A stretch of DNA of 64,000 bases from Deltaproteobacteria bacterium (GCA_046583355.1 JAYGCM010000075.1:1-64000), one strand, 5' to 3'. Positions 1 through 14,635 are shown, counted from the stretch's first letter. The notes: generated from the letters alone by a model not told the origin. Numbers and translations: made by a program.

Positions 1-966
<966 letters not shown>

Positions 967-1137
967 TCCAGTCTGGAGACCGTAAGGTTTCCGCACGGAC
1001 AACTAGGTCAGTACCTGGAGAGATTTATCTCCTCAGGTCACATCATATTATATGTACTTCGGATTCAGCATCCGGAGCTCACGCGCTACTATTCAGTTTT
1101 GAGAGACTGAGCCAGACTGAAATCTACCAAGATATCA

Positions 1138-1211
<74 letters not shown>

Positions 1212-1240
1212 TCTATCAATCAGGGATGCGGGGACCAGGA

Positions 1241-1313
1241 GGGGCTGTAGCTCAGTTGGGAGAGCGCCGGCTTTGCAAGCCGGAGGTCGAGGGTTCGATC
1301 CCCTTCGGCTCCA
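1241..1313 (+). tRNA. tRNA-Ala(TGC)
   Basis: GGGGCTG 5' end with G3:U70, anticodon loop TT-TGC-AA, GTTCGATC T-loop; CCA not encoded. Confidence 0.98.
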
Positions 1314-1460
1314 CTCCTTTGAAAAATACTGTATCGTACTGTAGTAGATTGGTCCGAGGCCGCGAAAAGCGGCTTTGGAGGAGTCGACTACGGTCACTTC
1401 GAGCCGGTGATAAACGGCGAAGCGCTGTAACCCGTGTGGTTGCCGCCTTCTTCGCATCGG

Positions 1461-1472
1461 TGCTCTTTGAAA
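1461..1472 (+). promoter_or_regulatory. rrn spacer boxA antitermination site
   Basis: TGCTCTTTGAAA versus canonical TGCTCTTTAACA, in the expected position upstream of 23S. Confidence 0.75.
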
Positions 1473-1559
1473 TTTGAATATCGATAAGAATCCACTGATT
1501 CTTAGTAATTAGAGACAGACATTTATTAGAGTGCTCAAAAATGGTAGCCCGCTCAATGG

Positions 1560-4566
<3,007 letters not shown>

Positions 4567-4640
4567 CTATTGAGAGGGTTATCATGTTTGAACGCTCTAT
4601 AATGTTTGTCTGAACTTGCAGGATTTATCGATATTCAATT

Positions 4641-4755
4641 TTCGGTGGCAATGGCGAAGGTGCTACACCCGTTCCCATCCCGAACACGGAAGTGAACCCC
4701 TTCAGCGCCGATGGTACTGCGTTCTTTGGACGTGGGAGAGTAGGACGTCGCCGGA
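4641..4755 (+). rRNA. rrf: 5S rRNA
   Basis: CCCATCCCGAACAC, GCGCCGATGGTACTG and GGGAGAGTAGG motifs; terminal stem. Confidence 0.97.
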
Positions 4756-4764
4756 TTTTTCTCG

Positions 4765-4800
4765 GAAAAGCCCGCTGCATTTATTTGCGGCGGGCTTTTC
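4765..4800. terminator. Intrinsic, probably bidirectional, terminator after the rrn operon
   Basis: GAAAAGCCCGCTGCA-loop-TGCGGCGGGCTTTTC between convergent transcription units. Confidence 0.85.
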
Positions 4801-4865
4801 TGCGTCTGGCGCGCGGCTGGCTCACAAAATCGAGCCCGTAGTCGCCTGTCGACGCGGCTACGCGC

Positions 4866-7307
4866 TCAGGCGTGGACGCGTTTGTTTTGCGGGTCGTAGA
4901 GCGGGCGCCTGTGGAGCTGCGCCGCGAAGCGGTGCGTTGCAACGTCAAGTTCGTAATCGCCGGTGTCGAGGAACTCGTTGTTGAGGGTCTGCGCGGCCAC
5001 GACATAGCCGAGCCCGATCCCACAGCCGATCGTGTGGCCGAAGCCGCCACTGGAGAGGAACCCAACCCGCTCTCCGTTCCGGTAGATGGTTTCGCGGCCG
5101 AAAAGGTGTGCGGCTGGATCGGCGACCGTGAAGGTCACCAGACGGCGCTTCAATCCCTGGCGACCTTGCCGCTCCAGTTCGTCGCGCCCGAGGAAGGATA
5201 TTGTGCTGCCCAGCTTTACGGCCCAGGTCAGCCCCGCCTCGAGCGGGGAACTCGAAGGCGTCAGGTCGCTGCCCCAGGCTCGGTAGCCCTTTTCCAGACG
5301 CAAGCTCTCGATGGCGCGGTAGCCTGCGTTGCGGATGCCGTGTGGCTTGCCGCTTTTCATCAAGGCATCGTAAACCGCGCCGGCGGACTCGATCGGGGCG
5401 TGGATCTCGTAGCCGAGTTCGCCGACATAGGTGACCCGCAACACTCGGCAGCGGTGGCCGGCAACATCGATGTTCCGCACGGTCAGGTAGGGCAGCGCGT
5501 CGTTGTGCAACTCAGCTTCGGCTACCTTCGCCAGAACCTCGCGCGAGCGTGGCCCCATCAAGGCGAGGACTGCATATTGTTCGGTTACGTCGCGGAGGGT
5601 TGTGCTGTGGCTGTTCGGCAGGTGGTTGGCGATCCAATGGAAATCGCGAGTTGCGGCGCCGGTTCCCGTCACAAGATAGAAATGGTCCTCGGCCAGGCGC
5701 GCGACCGTCAGATCACATTCGATGCCGCCGCGCTGATTCAGCATCTGAGTATAGGTGAGCGAGCCGGGGGGCTTGCTTATGTCGCCCGCGCAGATCCAAT
5801 CGAGCGCCGCTTGCGCACCGCTGCCGCGCAGCTCGAATTTGGCAAACGAGGTCTGGTCGAAGAGCGTGACCGCCTCGCGTGTCGCCGTGTGCTCGGTGCC
5901 AACGTGTGGGAACCAATTGCCCCGCCCGAAGGAGTATTGGTCGCGGGCTTCCTCGGCGGAAGGAGCGAACCAATTCGGGCGCTCGAAGCCGAGCTTCTCG
6001 CCGAAGCAGGCGCCCGCGGCCTCGAGGCGCTCATAGAGGGGGGAACAACGGAAGCGTCGCGCGCTGGAATGTTCTTCCAGCGGCCAGGCGACCGCATAAT
6101 GCTTGCCGTAGAGTTCCAGCGTCCGGGCGCGCACCCAATCGGCGTCCCCGTGCGGCGCTCCGAATCGGCGAATATCGACGGGCCAGAGATCATCGGGCGC
6201 CTCGCCGCCAACGATCCATTCCGCCAATGCCTGGCCGGCGCCGCCCGCGGCCGCAATCCCGAAAGCGTTGAATCCGGCAGCTACGAAATAGCCGGCAACC
6301 TCGGGTGCCTCGCCGAGAATGAAGTTCCCGTCAGGGGTGAACCCCTCGGCCCCATTGACCAGTTGCCGAATTCCGGCGTGGCGGAGGGCCGAGACGCGCG
6401 GCATGGCGAGGTCGGCGAGTTGCTGGAAGTGGTCGTAATCGGGTGGCAGAAGCTCGCCAGGGCGTTCCCGGTCTGGATCGCAGGGGACCGGGTTCGGCTC
6501 ATAGCCGCCCATCACCAGGCCACCAACCTCTTCTTTGTAGTACGTGAGTCGGTCGGGATCCCGCATGGTGGGAAGGTCGTGCGGCACACCATCGATTCGC
6601 TCCGTGATGAGGTATTGGTGCTCGACGGAGACGACCGGCACTCGGACACCGGCGAGGCGTCCGAGTTCGGCAGCCCAGCGTCCCGCACAATTCACCAGCG
6701 TCTCGCAATGGATCCGTCCCTGCGACGTCTCCACTGCCCGGACACGATGCTTGTCTACGTCCACCGCCTGAACCGTGCATTGCTCGAAGAAGCGAACGCC
6801 TTCACTCCTTGCGCCGGCCGCCATGGCGTAGGCAATATCGCCGGGGTTGGCGGAACCATCACTCGGCAGGAAGGAGGCCCCGACGACATCGTCAATCTCC
6901 ATGAGGGGCCAGAGATCCCGCGCTTCGCGCGGCGATAGCAATTCAATATCAAGGCCGAAGCTACGCGCCGTGGTCGCCTGGCGCTCCAGTTCCGTCATGC
7001 GCGCCGGCGTGCAGGCGAGCCGAAGACCTCCGCATTGCTTCCATCCGGTCGCGTGCCCGGTCTCCTTCTCCAGCGTGCGGTAGACCTCGACGGATGCGTT
7101 CAGGAGGCGGGTGATCGCCGCCGAGCTTCGCAGTTGGCCGACCAAGCCTGCCGCGTGGAAGGTGCTGCCGCTTGTCAGCGTATGTTTTTCCAGCACGATG
7201 ACATCGCGCATGCCGTTGCGAGCGAGATGCCAGGCCGTGGAGCAGCCGGCGATACCGCCACCCACGATAACGACCTGCGCATGCGACGGGAGAGCCGCCG
7301 AACCCAC
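4866..7307 (-). CDS. GcvT-family FAD-dependent oxidoreductase (dimethylglycine/sarcosine dehydrogenase-like)
   Basis: N-terminal GGGIAG FAD motif, SGSTFHAAG, FTPDG and C-terminal folate-binding domain (SLRLEKGYR); 813 aa. Confidence 0.92.
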   Translation of the reverse strand: MGSAALPSHAQVVIVGGGIAGCSTAWHLARNGMRDVIVLEKHTLTSGSTFHAAGLVGQLRSSAAITRLLNASVEVYRTLEKETGHATGWKQCGGLRLACTPARMTELERQATTARSFGLDIELLSPREARDLWPLMEIDDVVGASFLPSDGSANPGDIAYAMAAGARSEGVRFFEQCTVQAVDVDKHRVRAVETSQGRIHCETLVNCAGRWAAELGRLAGVRVPVVSVEHQYLITERIDGVPHDLPTMRDPDRLTYYKEEVGGLVMGGYEPNPVPCDPDRERPGELLPPDYDHFQQLADLAMPRVSALRHAGIRQLVNGAEGFTPDGNFILGEAPEVAGYFVAAGFNAFGIAAAGGAGQALAEWIVGGEAPDDLWPVDIRRFGAPHGDADWVRARTLELYGKHYAVAWPLEEHSSARRFRCSPLYERLEAAGACFGEKLGFERPNWFAPSAEEARDQYSFGRGNWFPHVGTEHTATREAVTLFDQTSFAKFELRGSGAQAALDWICAGDISKPPGSLTYTQMLNQRGGIECDLTVARLAEDHFYLVTGTGAATRDFHWIANHLPNSHSTTLRDVTEQYAVLALMGPRSREVLAKVAEAELHNDALPYLTVRNIDVAGHRCRVLRVTYVGELGYEIHAPIESAGAVYDALMKSGKPHGIRNAGYRAIESLRLEKGYRAWGSDLTPSSSPLEAGLTWAVKLGSTISFLGRDELERQGRQGLKRRLVTFTVADPAAHLFGRETIYRNGERVGFLSSGGFGHTIGCGIGLGYVVAAQTLNNEFLDTGDYELDVATHRFAAQLHRRPLYDPQNKRVHA

Positions 7308-8180
7308 CTACACGAACTCCGCATGAGCGTGATCAAAACGCGCCAGGTAGTCGACCGCATAGGCCCCGTAATCAAAGTCAGTGGCCGGGTTGAGTTCCGA
7401 AACCATGCTCCACATCGCCTCGCGCAGCAAGGACGCGCATTTCATCGCCGTATAGGAGCGGCGCAGAGCGTCGTCGGCCGGCTTCTCGAAGTAGGCTTCA
7501 AGCAGCCAGAGTTCCTGGGCGGCATCCAGGCCGCTGTTGGAAGCGAGCCCGCCGAGATCGAAAAGCGGGCTGCCCCAGCCCGCGTAATCCCAGTCGATCA
7601 GCCAGAGGCGTGTCCCGTCGTCTATGAAGTTCGCGGCCAGCAGGTCGTTGTGGCCGAAGACGAATGGAGTCGGCTGGATGGCTTGCTCCAGCCTCTCAGC
7701 GGCGCCAAGGAGCCGTGGCAATTCGCTCGTCCATCGACTCTGCGAGTCGCGCAATGAATGTGCGTAATCGCGGATGACGTGGAAGACCCAGAAGGCGAGC
7801 GTCGGGCCGCGCAGATAAAGCGGCAATTGCCGGTGACAGCGGGCGAGCAGGGGAATGATTTTCTCGAGTGTCGATTGGCGGCAGATATCCTCCGGCTGCA
7901 GCGTGCGGCCGTCGATATAACGCAGCACAAGTGCGCCGGGTTCGGCGTGCACGACCTCGGGCGAGAGGCCGCATGCGTGCGCAGCCCGACTGACCGATTG
8001 TTCATGGAAGCGCAGGATACCGTGCACCGGAATATCTTCACCGATGCGAACGAAATACGCCTTGCCCCGGTCTTCGACGCGGAAGTTCGCGTTGGTGAGT
8101 CCCTCCGCGATTGGCTGCGCTTCGACCGGGCCGCTCCAGCACGCCAGGGAGGCCGCGCGTGTACGCGAATCGGTATCCAT
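7308..8180 (-). CDS. Choline/ethanolamine kinase-family phosphotransferase
   Basis: GLTNANF, HNDLLAANF (Brenner motif), IDWDYAG; start set at ATG 8180; stop abuts the next start. Confidence 0.88.
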   Translation of the reverse strand: MDTDSRTRAASLACWSGPVEAQPIAEGLTNANFRVEDRGKAYFVRIGEDIPVHGILRFHEQSVSRAAHACGLSPEVVHAEPGALVLRYIDGRTLQPEDICRQSTLEKIIPLLARCHRQLPLYLRGPTLAFWVFHVIRDYAHSLRDSQSRWTSELPRLLGAAERLEQAIQPTPFVFGHNDLLAANFIDDGTRLWLIDWDYAGWGSPLFDLGGLASNSGLDAAQELWLLEAYFEKPADDALRRSYTAMKCASLLREAMWSMVSELNPATDFDYGAYAVDYLARFDHAHAEFV

Positions 8181-8263
8181 GCAAATCGAGTCTATCCGAG
8201 GCTCGCTCGGATTGTCGAATATACGAAGTGGTGGGATCGCTCGAATGGTGCCATAGGTTTCCG

Positions 8264-9139
8264 ATGCCAATTGATCTTCCCGCAGCCCGTGACTTCATTC
8301 TCCGCTCGGCCAGGCGGCTCGAGCGCGCCCATTTCTCCTACGCCTTCGAAGATGGCGACCCGCTGGAGGTGGAAGCCGCGCTTTTGCCCTATTCCTCCGA
8401 AGACGGTGGATTCGGCGAGGCGCTTGAGCCCGACCTGCGCGGCCCTGCCAGCCATCCCGCGCATGTGCAATTTGCGCTGCGGATGCTCCTGCTAATCGAC
8501 CTCGACGTCGAGGTCGATGCCGAAGAAAGCCCGCTGCTCGAGGGTGTGGGCGAATATCTGGCGGGTATCGCCCTGCCTGACGGAGACCTCCCGGTTTCGG
8601 TTGTCGGTGCCGATTTTCTTCCCTGCGCCGCACATTGGGAGACCAGCGGTGACGGCCCCTTCGGGCCGAGCCTGGCGATGTCGATTTGTGCCAGCTTGCG
8701 GCGCCTGGGCGTCGAGCACGAATGGGTCGAGCGTGCCTCCGCGTTCAGCGACGAGCGGATCCTCCGCGGCGGCTTTACGGACGCCCACGAGATCGGCGGA
8801 GCTTTGGAATTTGTCGTGAGTTGCGAAGACGATACCTCCGAGCGCCTCGAGGCCCTGGTGGCCGCGCTTGCCGGTGCTCGCTGGTACCTGCCGGAGCCCG
8901 ACGCCAAATCCTACGGTCTCTCGCCCCTCCAATTGGCCCCCTCGCCGGAGTCCCCGGTGGCGGAGCTCTTTGCCCGCGACCTGATGGAGCGGCACCTGGA
9001 TGCGCTTGAGGCAGGCCAGCAGAAAGACGGCGGATGGCCGATTGCCTTCACGCCCCCCTCCGAGGCCGCGGTCTGGGAATGGCGCGGTTGCTGGACTGTC
9101 GACTCCCTCAAAATCCTGCGCGCCTGGGGCCGCCTCTAG
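8264..9139 (+). CDS. Hypothetical protein with prenyltransferase/squalene-cyclase-like QW repeats
   Basis: DGGFGEALEPDLR and QQKDGGW motifs; start set at ATG 8264. Confidence 0.7.
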   Translation: MPIDLPAARDFILRSARRLERAHFSYAFEDGDPLEVEAALLPYSSEDGGFGEALEPDLRGPASHPAHVQFALRMLLLIDLDVEVDAEESPLLEGVGEYLAGIALPDGDLPVSVVGADFLPCAAHWETSGDGPFGPSLAMSICASLRRLGVEHEWVERASAFSDERILRGGFTDAHEIGGALEFVVSCEDDTSERLEALVAALAGARWYLPEPDAKSYGLSPLQLAPSPESPVAELFARDLMERHLDALEAGQQKDGGWPIAFTPPSEAAVWEWRGCWTVDSLKILRAWGRL

Positions 9140-9158
9140 AGTTGCAGCCCCGTTCAGG

Positions 9159-11825
9159 TTAGCGGCGTCTCGGGTCGAGGGCTTCGGCGTCGATGGCGAA
9201 CTCTTGGATGGCCTCGGTCACCAGGCTCGGCGCGATGGTGCCTTTGCGTGCCAGGACCGAGAGCGCGGCGACCGTGATATGTTCGGCGTCGACCTCGAAG
9301 AAGCGGCGGAGTTCGACGCGGGTTTCGCTGCGCCCGAAACCGTCGGTGCCGAGGACTTCGATGCCCTCCGGTGTATGGCCGCCCAGGGAGGCGGGCAGCG
9401 ATTTGAGGTAATCGCTGACGCCGATGATCGGCCAGCTCTGGTCCGCAAGCGATTTCTGGAGAAACGAAGACCGGGGCGCCTCGGTTGGATGCAGGCGGTT
9501 CCAGCGGTCGGTCTCTTGAATATCTCGCTGCAATTCGGTCCAGCTCGTGACGCTCCAGACATCGGCCTCGACACCGCGTGCGGCGAGGAGTTCCTGGGCC
9601 CGCAGGACGCCGGGAAGAAGTGCGCCGCTACCGAAGAGGTGAATCCGCGGCGCGCCTTCGGCCGCGTCGGCGCTGCGCAGCCGATAGAGCCCACGCAGAA
9701 TTCCGGCCTCGACGCCCTCGGGCATCGCATGCTGTACGTAGGGGTCGTTGGTTACGGTCAGATAATAAAAAATATCTTCGCGCTCGACGTACATGCGCCG
9801 GATGCCGTCCTCGACGATCACGGCCAACTCGTAGGCATAGGCGGGGTCGTAGGCCCGTAATGTCGGGACGGCTGAAGCCATAATATGGCTCTGCCCATCC
9901 TGATGCTGCAAGCCTTCGCCGGCAAGTGTCGTGCGCCCGGCCGTGCAGCCGATGAGAAAGCCTTTGCCGCGTGCGTCGGCGTGCTGCCAGATCGAGTCGC
10001 CGATCCGCTGGAAGCCGAACATCGAATAGAAGAGGTAGAAGGGAATGGTGTTGACGCCGGCGGCTGCATAGCCGGTGCCGGCTGCCGTGAACGACGCCAT
10101 CGCGCCGGCCTCGGTGATGCCTTCTTCGAGCAATTGACCGTCTTCGGCCTCGCGGTAGAAGGCGACCACATCGGAGTCGACCGGGTCGTAGCGCTGGCCT
10201 TGTTGCGAGAAGATACCGAATTTCCGGAAAAGCGAGTCCATGCCGAAGGTGCGCGCCTCGTCGGGCACGATCGGTACGATCAATCGGCCGACCTCGGGGT
10301 CATTCATCAGGCGGCGCAAGAGGCTGACGAAAACCTGGGTGGTCGCAACCTCGCGCTCGCGGCTGCCGCTGCGGAATTGTTCGAAAATCGCGTGGTCGAG
10401 CGGCGCCAGCGGGGTGGAACGGATGCGGCGCTGCGGTACCGGTCCGCCCAGCGCGGCGCGGCGCTCGCGCAGGTACTCGATTTCCAATGAGTCGTCGGCG
10501 GGCCGCCAGAAGGGCACCTCGTCGAGATCGGCGTCGCCGATCGGGATGCCGAGGCGGTCACGAAACTCGCGCAGCTCTCTGGGATTGAGCTTCTTGGCGC
10601 CATGGCTGATATTTTTTCCCTCCGCAGCGGTGCCGAGGCCGTAGCCTTTCACGGTTTTGGCAAGGATGACGGTCGGCGCGCCGCGGTAGGCGGCAGCCGC
10701 GCGGTAGGCCGCGTAGACCTTGGCCGGGTCGTGGCCACCGCGACGCATGCGGTTCAATTTCTGGTCCGTCAGGCTGCTGACGAGCTCGAGGAGCTGGGGG
10801 TAGCGGCCGAAAAAATGCTCTCGGATATAGGCGCCGGATTCGACGGTATATTTCTGATATTGACCATCGACCACCTCGCCCATGCGTCGTGCCAGCAAGC
10901 CGCCCTCGTCGCGCGCCAGCAGCGAGTCCCAATCCTCGCCCCAGATCACCTTGATCACGTTCCAGCCCGCGCCGCGGAAGGCCGCTTCGAGTTCCTGGAT
11001 GATCTTCCCGTTGCCTCGTACGGGACCGTCGAGGCGCTGAAGGTTGCAGTTGACGACCCAGGTCAGATTGTCCAGGCGTTCGCGTGCGGCCAGGGTGAGG
11101 GCGCCCATGCTCTCGGGTTCGTCCATTTCACCATCGCCGAGAAAGGCCCAGATGCGGGAGCCGCTGGTCTCGGCGAGGTCGCGTGCCTGCAGGTAGCGCA
11201 TGAAGCGCGCCTGGTAGATCGAAGAGATCGCCGAGAGGCCCATCGACACGGTGGGGAACTCCCAGAAATCGGGCATCAGCCAGGGGTGTGGGTAGGAACT
11301 CAGACCGCCGCCGTCGGCCAATTCGCGACGGAAGTTCGTCAATTGCGTCTCCGAGAGGCGGCCCTCAAGGAAAGCGCGTGCGTAGACGCCGGGCGCCGAA
11401 TGGCCCTGGAGGTAGACGAAGTCGCCCATTGTGGCCTCGGTATGGGCGCGGAAGAAGTGGTGGAACCCCACTTCCAGCAGGGTGGCGAGCGATTGGTAGG
11501 TCGCGATATGCCCACCGATCCCGGCGGCGCGGCGGTTGCCGCGCACGACCATCGCCATGGAGTTCCAGCGGATGATATTCTTGATCCGGCGCTCGATATC
11601 CCTATCGCCCGGATAGAGCGGTTGGTCGCTCACGGGAATGGTATTGACGTAGGGCGTGCTGGCTGTGAACGGCGTGATGACGCCGTGGCGTTGCGCGTCC
11701 TCGATGAGGCGGGACAGGAGGTGGCGGGCCCGTTCCTTTCCTTCGCTGGCAATCACCTCACGCAAGGAGGCGATCCAAGCCTCGGTCACTGCCTGGTCGG
11801 CTTCGGGCTGTGGTTCCTGATCCAT
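9159..11825 (-). CDS. aceE: Pyruvate dehydrogenase E1, homodimeric type
   Basis: TPYVNTI, GGHIA, SSYPHP, GDGEMDEPES ThDP motif, GEGLQHQDG; 888 aa. Confidence 0.97.
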   Translation of the reverse strand: MDQEPQPEADQAVTEAWIASLREVIASEGKERARHLLSRLIEDAQRHGVITPFTASTPYVNTIPVSDQPLYPGDRDIERRIKNIIRWNSMAMVVRGNRRAAGIGGHIATYQSLATLLEVGFHHFFRAHTEATMGDFVYLQGHSAPGVYARAFLEGRLSETQLTNFRRELADGGGLSSYPHPWLMPDFWEFPTVSMGLSAISSIYQARFMRYLQARDLAETSGSRIWAFLGDGEMDEPESMGALTLAARERLDNLTWVVNCNLQRLDGPVRGNGKIIQELEAAFRGAGWNVIKVIWGEDWDSLLARDEGGLLARRMGEVVDGQYQKYTVESGAYIREHFFGRYPQLLELVSSLTDQKLNRMRRGGHDPAKVYAAYRAAAAYRGAPTVILAKTVKGYGLGTAAEGKNISHGAKKLNPRELREFRDRLGIPIGDADLDEVPFWRPADDSLEIEYLRERRAALGGPVPQRRIRSTPLAPLDHAIFEQFRSGSREREVATTQVFVSLLRRLMNDPEVGRLIVPIVPDEARTFGMDSLFRKFGIFSQQGQRYDPVDSDVVAFYREAEDGQLLEEGITEAGAMASFTAAGTGYAAAGVNTIPFYLFYSMFGFQRIGDSIWQHADARGKGFLIGCTAGRTTLAGEGLQHQDGQSHIMASAVPTLRAYDPAYAYELAVIVEDGIRRMYVEREDIFYYLTVTNDPYVQHAMPEGVEAGILRGLYRLRSADAAEGAPRIHLFGSGALLPGVLRAQELLAARGVEADVWSVTSWTELQRDIQETDRWNRLHPTEAPRSSFLQKSLADQSWPIIGVSDYLKSLPASLGGHTPEGIEVLGTDGFGRSETRVELRRFFEVDAEHITVAALSVLARKGTIAPSLVTEAIQEFAIDAEALDPRRR

Positions 11826-11874
11826 GCGGGCATTCTATCAGGCCCGGCAGGTGAGGGCAGCGTGCCGGCTTGTG

Positions 11875-13704
11875 TTAGAAGCCGGCGTTTTTGTCTACGA
11901 TCACGTCTTTTTTGTCGCGCGCCTTGATATGTTCGCCGGTCATCATATCGGCGTAGCCCATTCCGGGGCCAACCATCGGATAGACATGCTCGCTCAGGTC
12001 GACGATGATTTCAATAAATGCCGGCCCCTCAAAGGCGAGAAACGCTTCCAATGCGGATTTCAGATCGTCGCGGGTGGTCACGCGTCGCGCGAAGCCGAAG
12101 CCGTCGGCCTCAGCGGCCTTCACGAAATCCTTTTTATGCAGTTGCTTGTCGGTGCCGGAATAGCGGTTCTGGTAGAAGAGGTCCTGCCATTGGTGCACCA
12201 TGCCATCGCCGAAGTTGTTCAGCAGCAACACTTTGACCGGAATATCGTAGGTGGTGAGGGTCTCGAGTTCGCCGAGGTTCATGCGAATCGAACCGTCACC
12301 GTCGATATCGATCACCAGCTTATCGGGGCAGGCAAGTTGCGCGCCCGCGGCCGCCGGCAGGCCGAAGCCCATCGTTCCCATGCTGCCCGAGGTGATGAAG
12401 CTGCGAGGTTGGTGGAAGTCGAGGTATTGCGCGGCCCACATCTGGTGCTGCCCGACGCCGGTGGTGATGATCGCATTGCCCTGAACGAGGTCGTTGAGCG
12501 TATCGAGGACTTCGGTGGATTGCAGGATTTCGGCGCCGTGGCGGTAGGCGAAGGGATGATTCTCACGCAAGTGGCGCACATGCTTGAGCCAAGGCGAGAA
12601 ATCCTTCTTGAAATTATTGCCGGCCAGAGTGAGTTGCTGCAGGCCCGCGCGCGCGTCGCAAACGTAGGCCCAATCGACGCCTTTGACCTTGCCTATTTCC
12701 GAGGCATCAATGTCGAGGTGCGCGATCTTCGCCCCGGGTGCGAAGTCTTGTACCTTGCCGGCCACGCGGTCGTCGAAACGCGCACCGACGGCAAAGAGGA
12801 AATCGCAGTCTTCGACCGCGTAATTGGCAAATGCCGCGCCATGCATCCCGAGCATATGCAGCGAGAGGTCGCTTTTCGTATCGACCGAACCGATCCCCAT
12901 CAAGGTGGTCACCACGGGGATCTGGAAGCGCTCACTGAAGGTACGCAGAGCATCGGCTGCGCCCGAGTTGAGCACGCCACCGCCGGCATAGATGAGCGGT
13001 CGCTCGCAGGTCTCGAGCAACTCATAGAAATCGCCACCGACCTCATCGGAGAGGGTCGCGGATTTCAGCTTGGCGATTCGTTCATCATAGCCGCGCAATT
13101 CCAGCAGGCCGCTGCCCTTGAAGGTTCCCTCGGCGAGTTGCACATCGCGCGGCAGATCGACCACGACCGGTCCCGGGCGCCCACTGCGCGCGAGGTCGAA
13201 GGCCGTACGCATGGTCTCCTCGATTTTGGTTTCGTCGGTCACCAGGAAGACATGCTTGGCGCAGGCCGACATGATGTTGAAGACCGGTGCCTCCTGGAAG
13301 GCGTCGGTTCCCATCGCCGCGCGCGGCACCTGGCCTGTGATCAGGACGCAGGGGATCGAATCGGCGTGGCAATCGCGGACCGGTGTCACTGCATTGGTCG
13401 CGCCCGGTCCCGAGGTCACGATGAAGACACCTACCTTGCCGCTCGCACGTGCGTAGCCAGCCGCCATGAAGCCGGCGCCTTGCTCGGTGGCGGGTACGAC
13501 CAAGCGCAGCTTCTCGCCCGCGGGGCAACTCTCGTTATGGCGGAAGACCGCATCGTAGGTCGGCAGGATGGCGCCGCCGCTATAGCCGAAGACGACCTCG
13601 ACGCCCTCGTCGGCGAGGACCTGTACGGCCATCTCGGCACCCGTCATGCGGGTTCCGGCAAGGGGATGTCGGGCGATTGTGCCAGCCTTTTGCGCGTTGC
13701 TCAT
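11875..13704 (-). CDS. ilvB: Acetolactate synthase large subunit
   Basis: FGYSGGAILP, TSGPGATN, GTDAFQE, MLGMHG, RFDDRV, GQHQMWAAQ, GDGS. Confidence 0.95.
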   Translation of the reverse strand: MSNAQKAGTIARHPLAGTRMTGAEMAVQVLADEGVEVVFGYSGGAILPTYDAVFRHNESCPAGEKLRLVVPATEQGAGFMAAGYARASGKVGVFIVTSGPGATNAVTPVRDCHADSIPCVLITGQVPRAAMGTDAFQEAPVFNIMSACAKHVFLVTDETKIEETMRTAFDLARSGRPGPVVVDLPRDVQLAEGTFKGSGLLELRGYDERIAKLKSATLSDEVGGDFYELLETCERPLIYAGGGVLNSGAADALRTFSERFQIPVVTTLMGIGSVDTKSDLSLHMLGMHGAAFANYAVEDCDFLFAVGARFDDRVAGKVQDFAPGAKIAHLDIDASEIGKVKGVDWAYVCDARAGLQQLTLAGNNFKKDFSPWLKHVRHLRENHPFAYRHGAEILQSTEVLDTLNDLVQGNAIITTGVGQHQMWAAQYLDFHQPRSFITSGSMGTMGFGLPAAAGAQLACPDKLVIDIDGDGSIRMNLGELETLTTYDIPVKVLLLNNFGDGMVHQWQDLFYQNRYSGTDKQLHKKDFVKAAEADGFGFARRVTTRDDLKSALEAFLAFEGPAFIEIIVDLSEHVYPMVGPGMGYADMMTGEHIKARDKKDVIVDKNAGF

Positions 13705-13827
13705 TATATTCCTGCTCCTCCGGGCGGTCCCGGCCTAGAGGTTCTGGTTAACATCGGGCGGGCGTAGCTGCCAAGATGCCCGTGCGTACTGGAGTTTCCC
13801 TCGCCGTCCGCGTATCTCTGCGGGAGA

Positions 13828-14325
13828 ATGGCCGCCCAGGAAACCACCGCCAATGACCTCCAATGGATGGAATTGGCCCTGGCTGAGGCCCGGGCGGGGG
13901 CTGCTGCGGGCGAGGTGCCGGTTGGTGCTGTCGTTGTAGACGGTGCCGGCCGTGAGTTGGCGCGGGCGCATAACGCGCCGATCGGTCTCTGCGATCCGAC
14001 GGCGCATGCCGAGGTGCTGGCTCTGCGCCGGGCGGCGCAGAGCCTGGGGGCGTATCGGCTGCCTGGGACCACGCTTTACGCGACCTTGGAGCCCTGCGCG
14101 CTTTGTATGGGTGCGTTGCTTCAGGCGCGCGTCCACAGGATTGTCTATGGCGCACGCGATCCCAAGGGCGGCGCGCTGGGTTCGGTCATTGATCTGCAGG
14201 CGCAGCCGGCGCTCAACCATCAATTCGCGGTGCAGGGCGGCGTCCTCGCCGACGCGGCCGCACAATTATTGCGCTCTTTTTTTGCGCAACGCCGCGGACA
14301 CGATCGCTCGGCCAGGTCTGAGTGA
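13828..14325 (+). CDS. tadA: tRNA adenosine(34) deaminase
   Basis: GEVPVGAV, DPTAHAE and TLEPCALC zinc motifs. Confidence 0.95.
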   Translation: MAAQETTANDLQWMELALAEARAGAAAGEVPVGAVVVDGAGRELARAHNAPIGLCDPTAHAEVLALRRAAQSLGAYRLPGTTLYATLEPCALCMGALLQARVHRIVYGARDPKGGALGSVIDLQAQPALNHQFAVQGGVLADAAAQLLRSFFAQRRGHDRSARSE

Positions 14326-14327
14326 CC

Positions 14328-14356
14328 TTGCGTGGGGCTTGGGCGGGGGGTATCTC
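14328..14356 (+). promoter_or_regulatory. Putative sigma70 promoter of the tRNA-Ser/Ser/Gly unit
   Basis: TTGCGT-N17-TATCTC, 14 nt before the first tRNA. Confidence 0.4.
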
Positions 14357-14370
14357 ACCCCTCTCAAATT

Positions 14371-14462
14371 GGAGAGGTGGCCGAGCCCGGTTGAAGGCGC
14401 ACGATTCGAAATCGTGTGTGCCCCCTTAAAGGGCACCGTGGGTTCGAATCCCACCCTCTCCG
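14371..14462 (+). tRNA. tRNA-Ser(CGA)
   Basis: GGAGAGG/CCTCTCC acceptor stem, loop TT-CGA-AA, long variable arm. Confidence 0.96.
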
Positions 14463-14499
14463 TTATTTATTCTTTCCGTCGGGTCAGTTGGCGGAGGTT

Positions 14500-14588
<89 letters not shown>

Positions 14589-14635
14589 TAGTTGAATGCG
14601 GCGTCTTCGTTGTCTAAGGAAATGCCGTCCCATAT

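Noticed and set aside
4872..13767. Long antisense ORFs (e.g. 4872-6938, 10602-11927, 11824-13767; similar ones occur throughout the window)
   Set aside because: Shadow frames opposite well-supported genes, expected in high-GC DNA
13705..13827. Branched-chain amino acid attenuator upstream of ilvB
   Set aside because: No Ile/Leu/Val-rich leader peptide or terminator hairpin found
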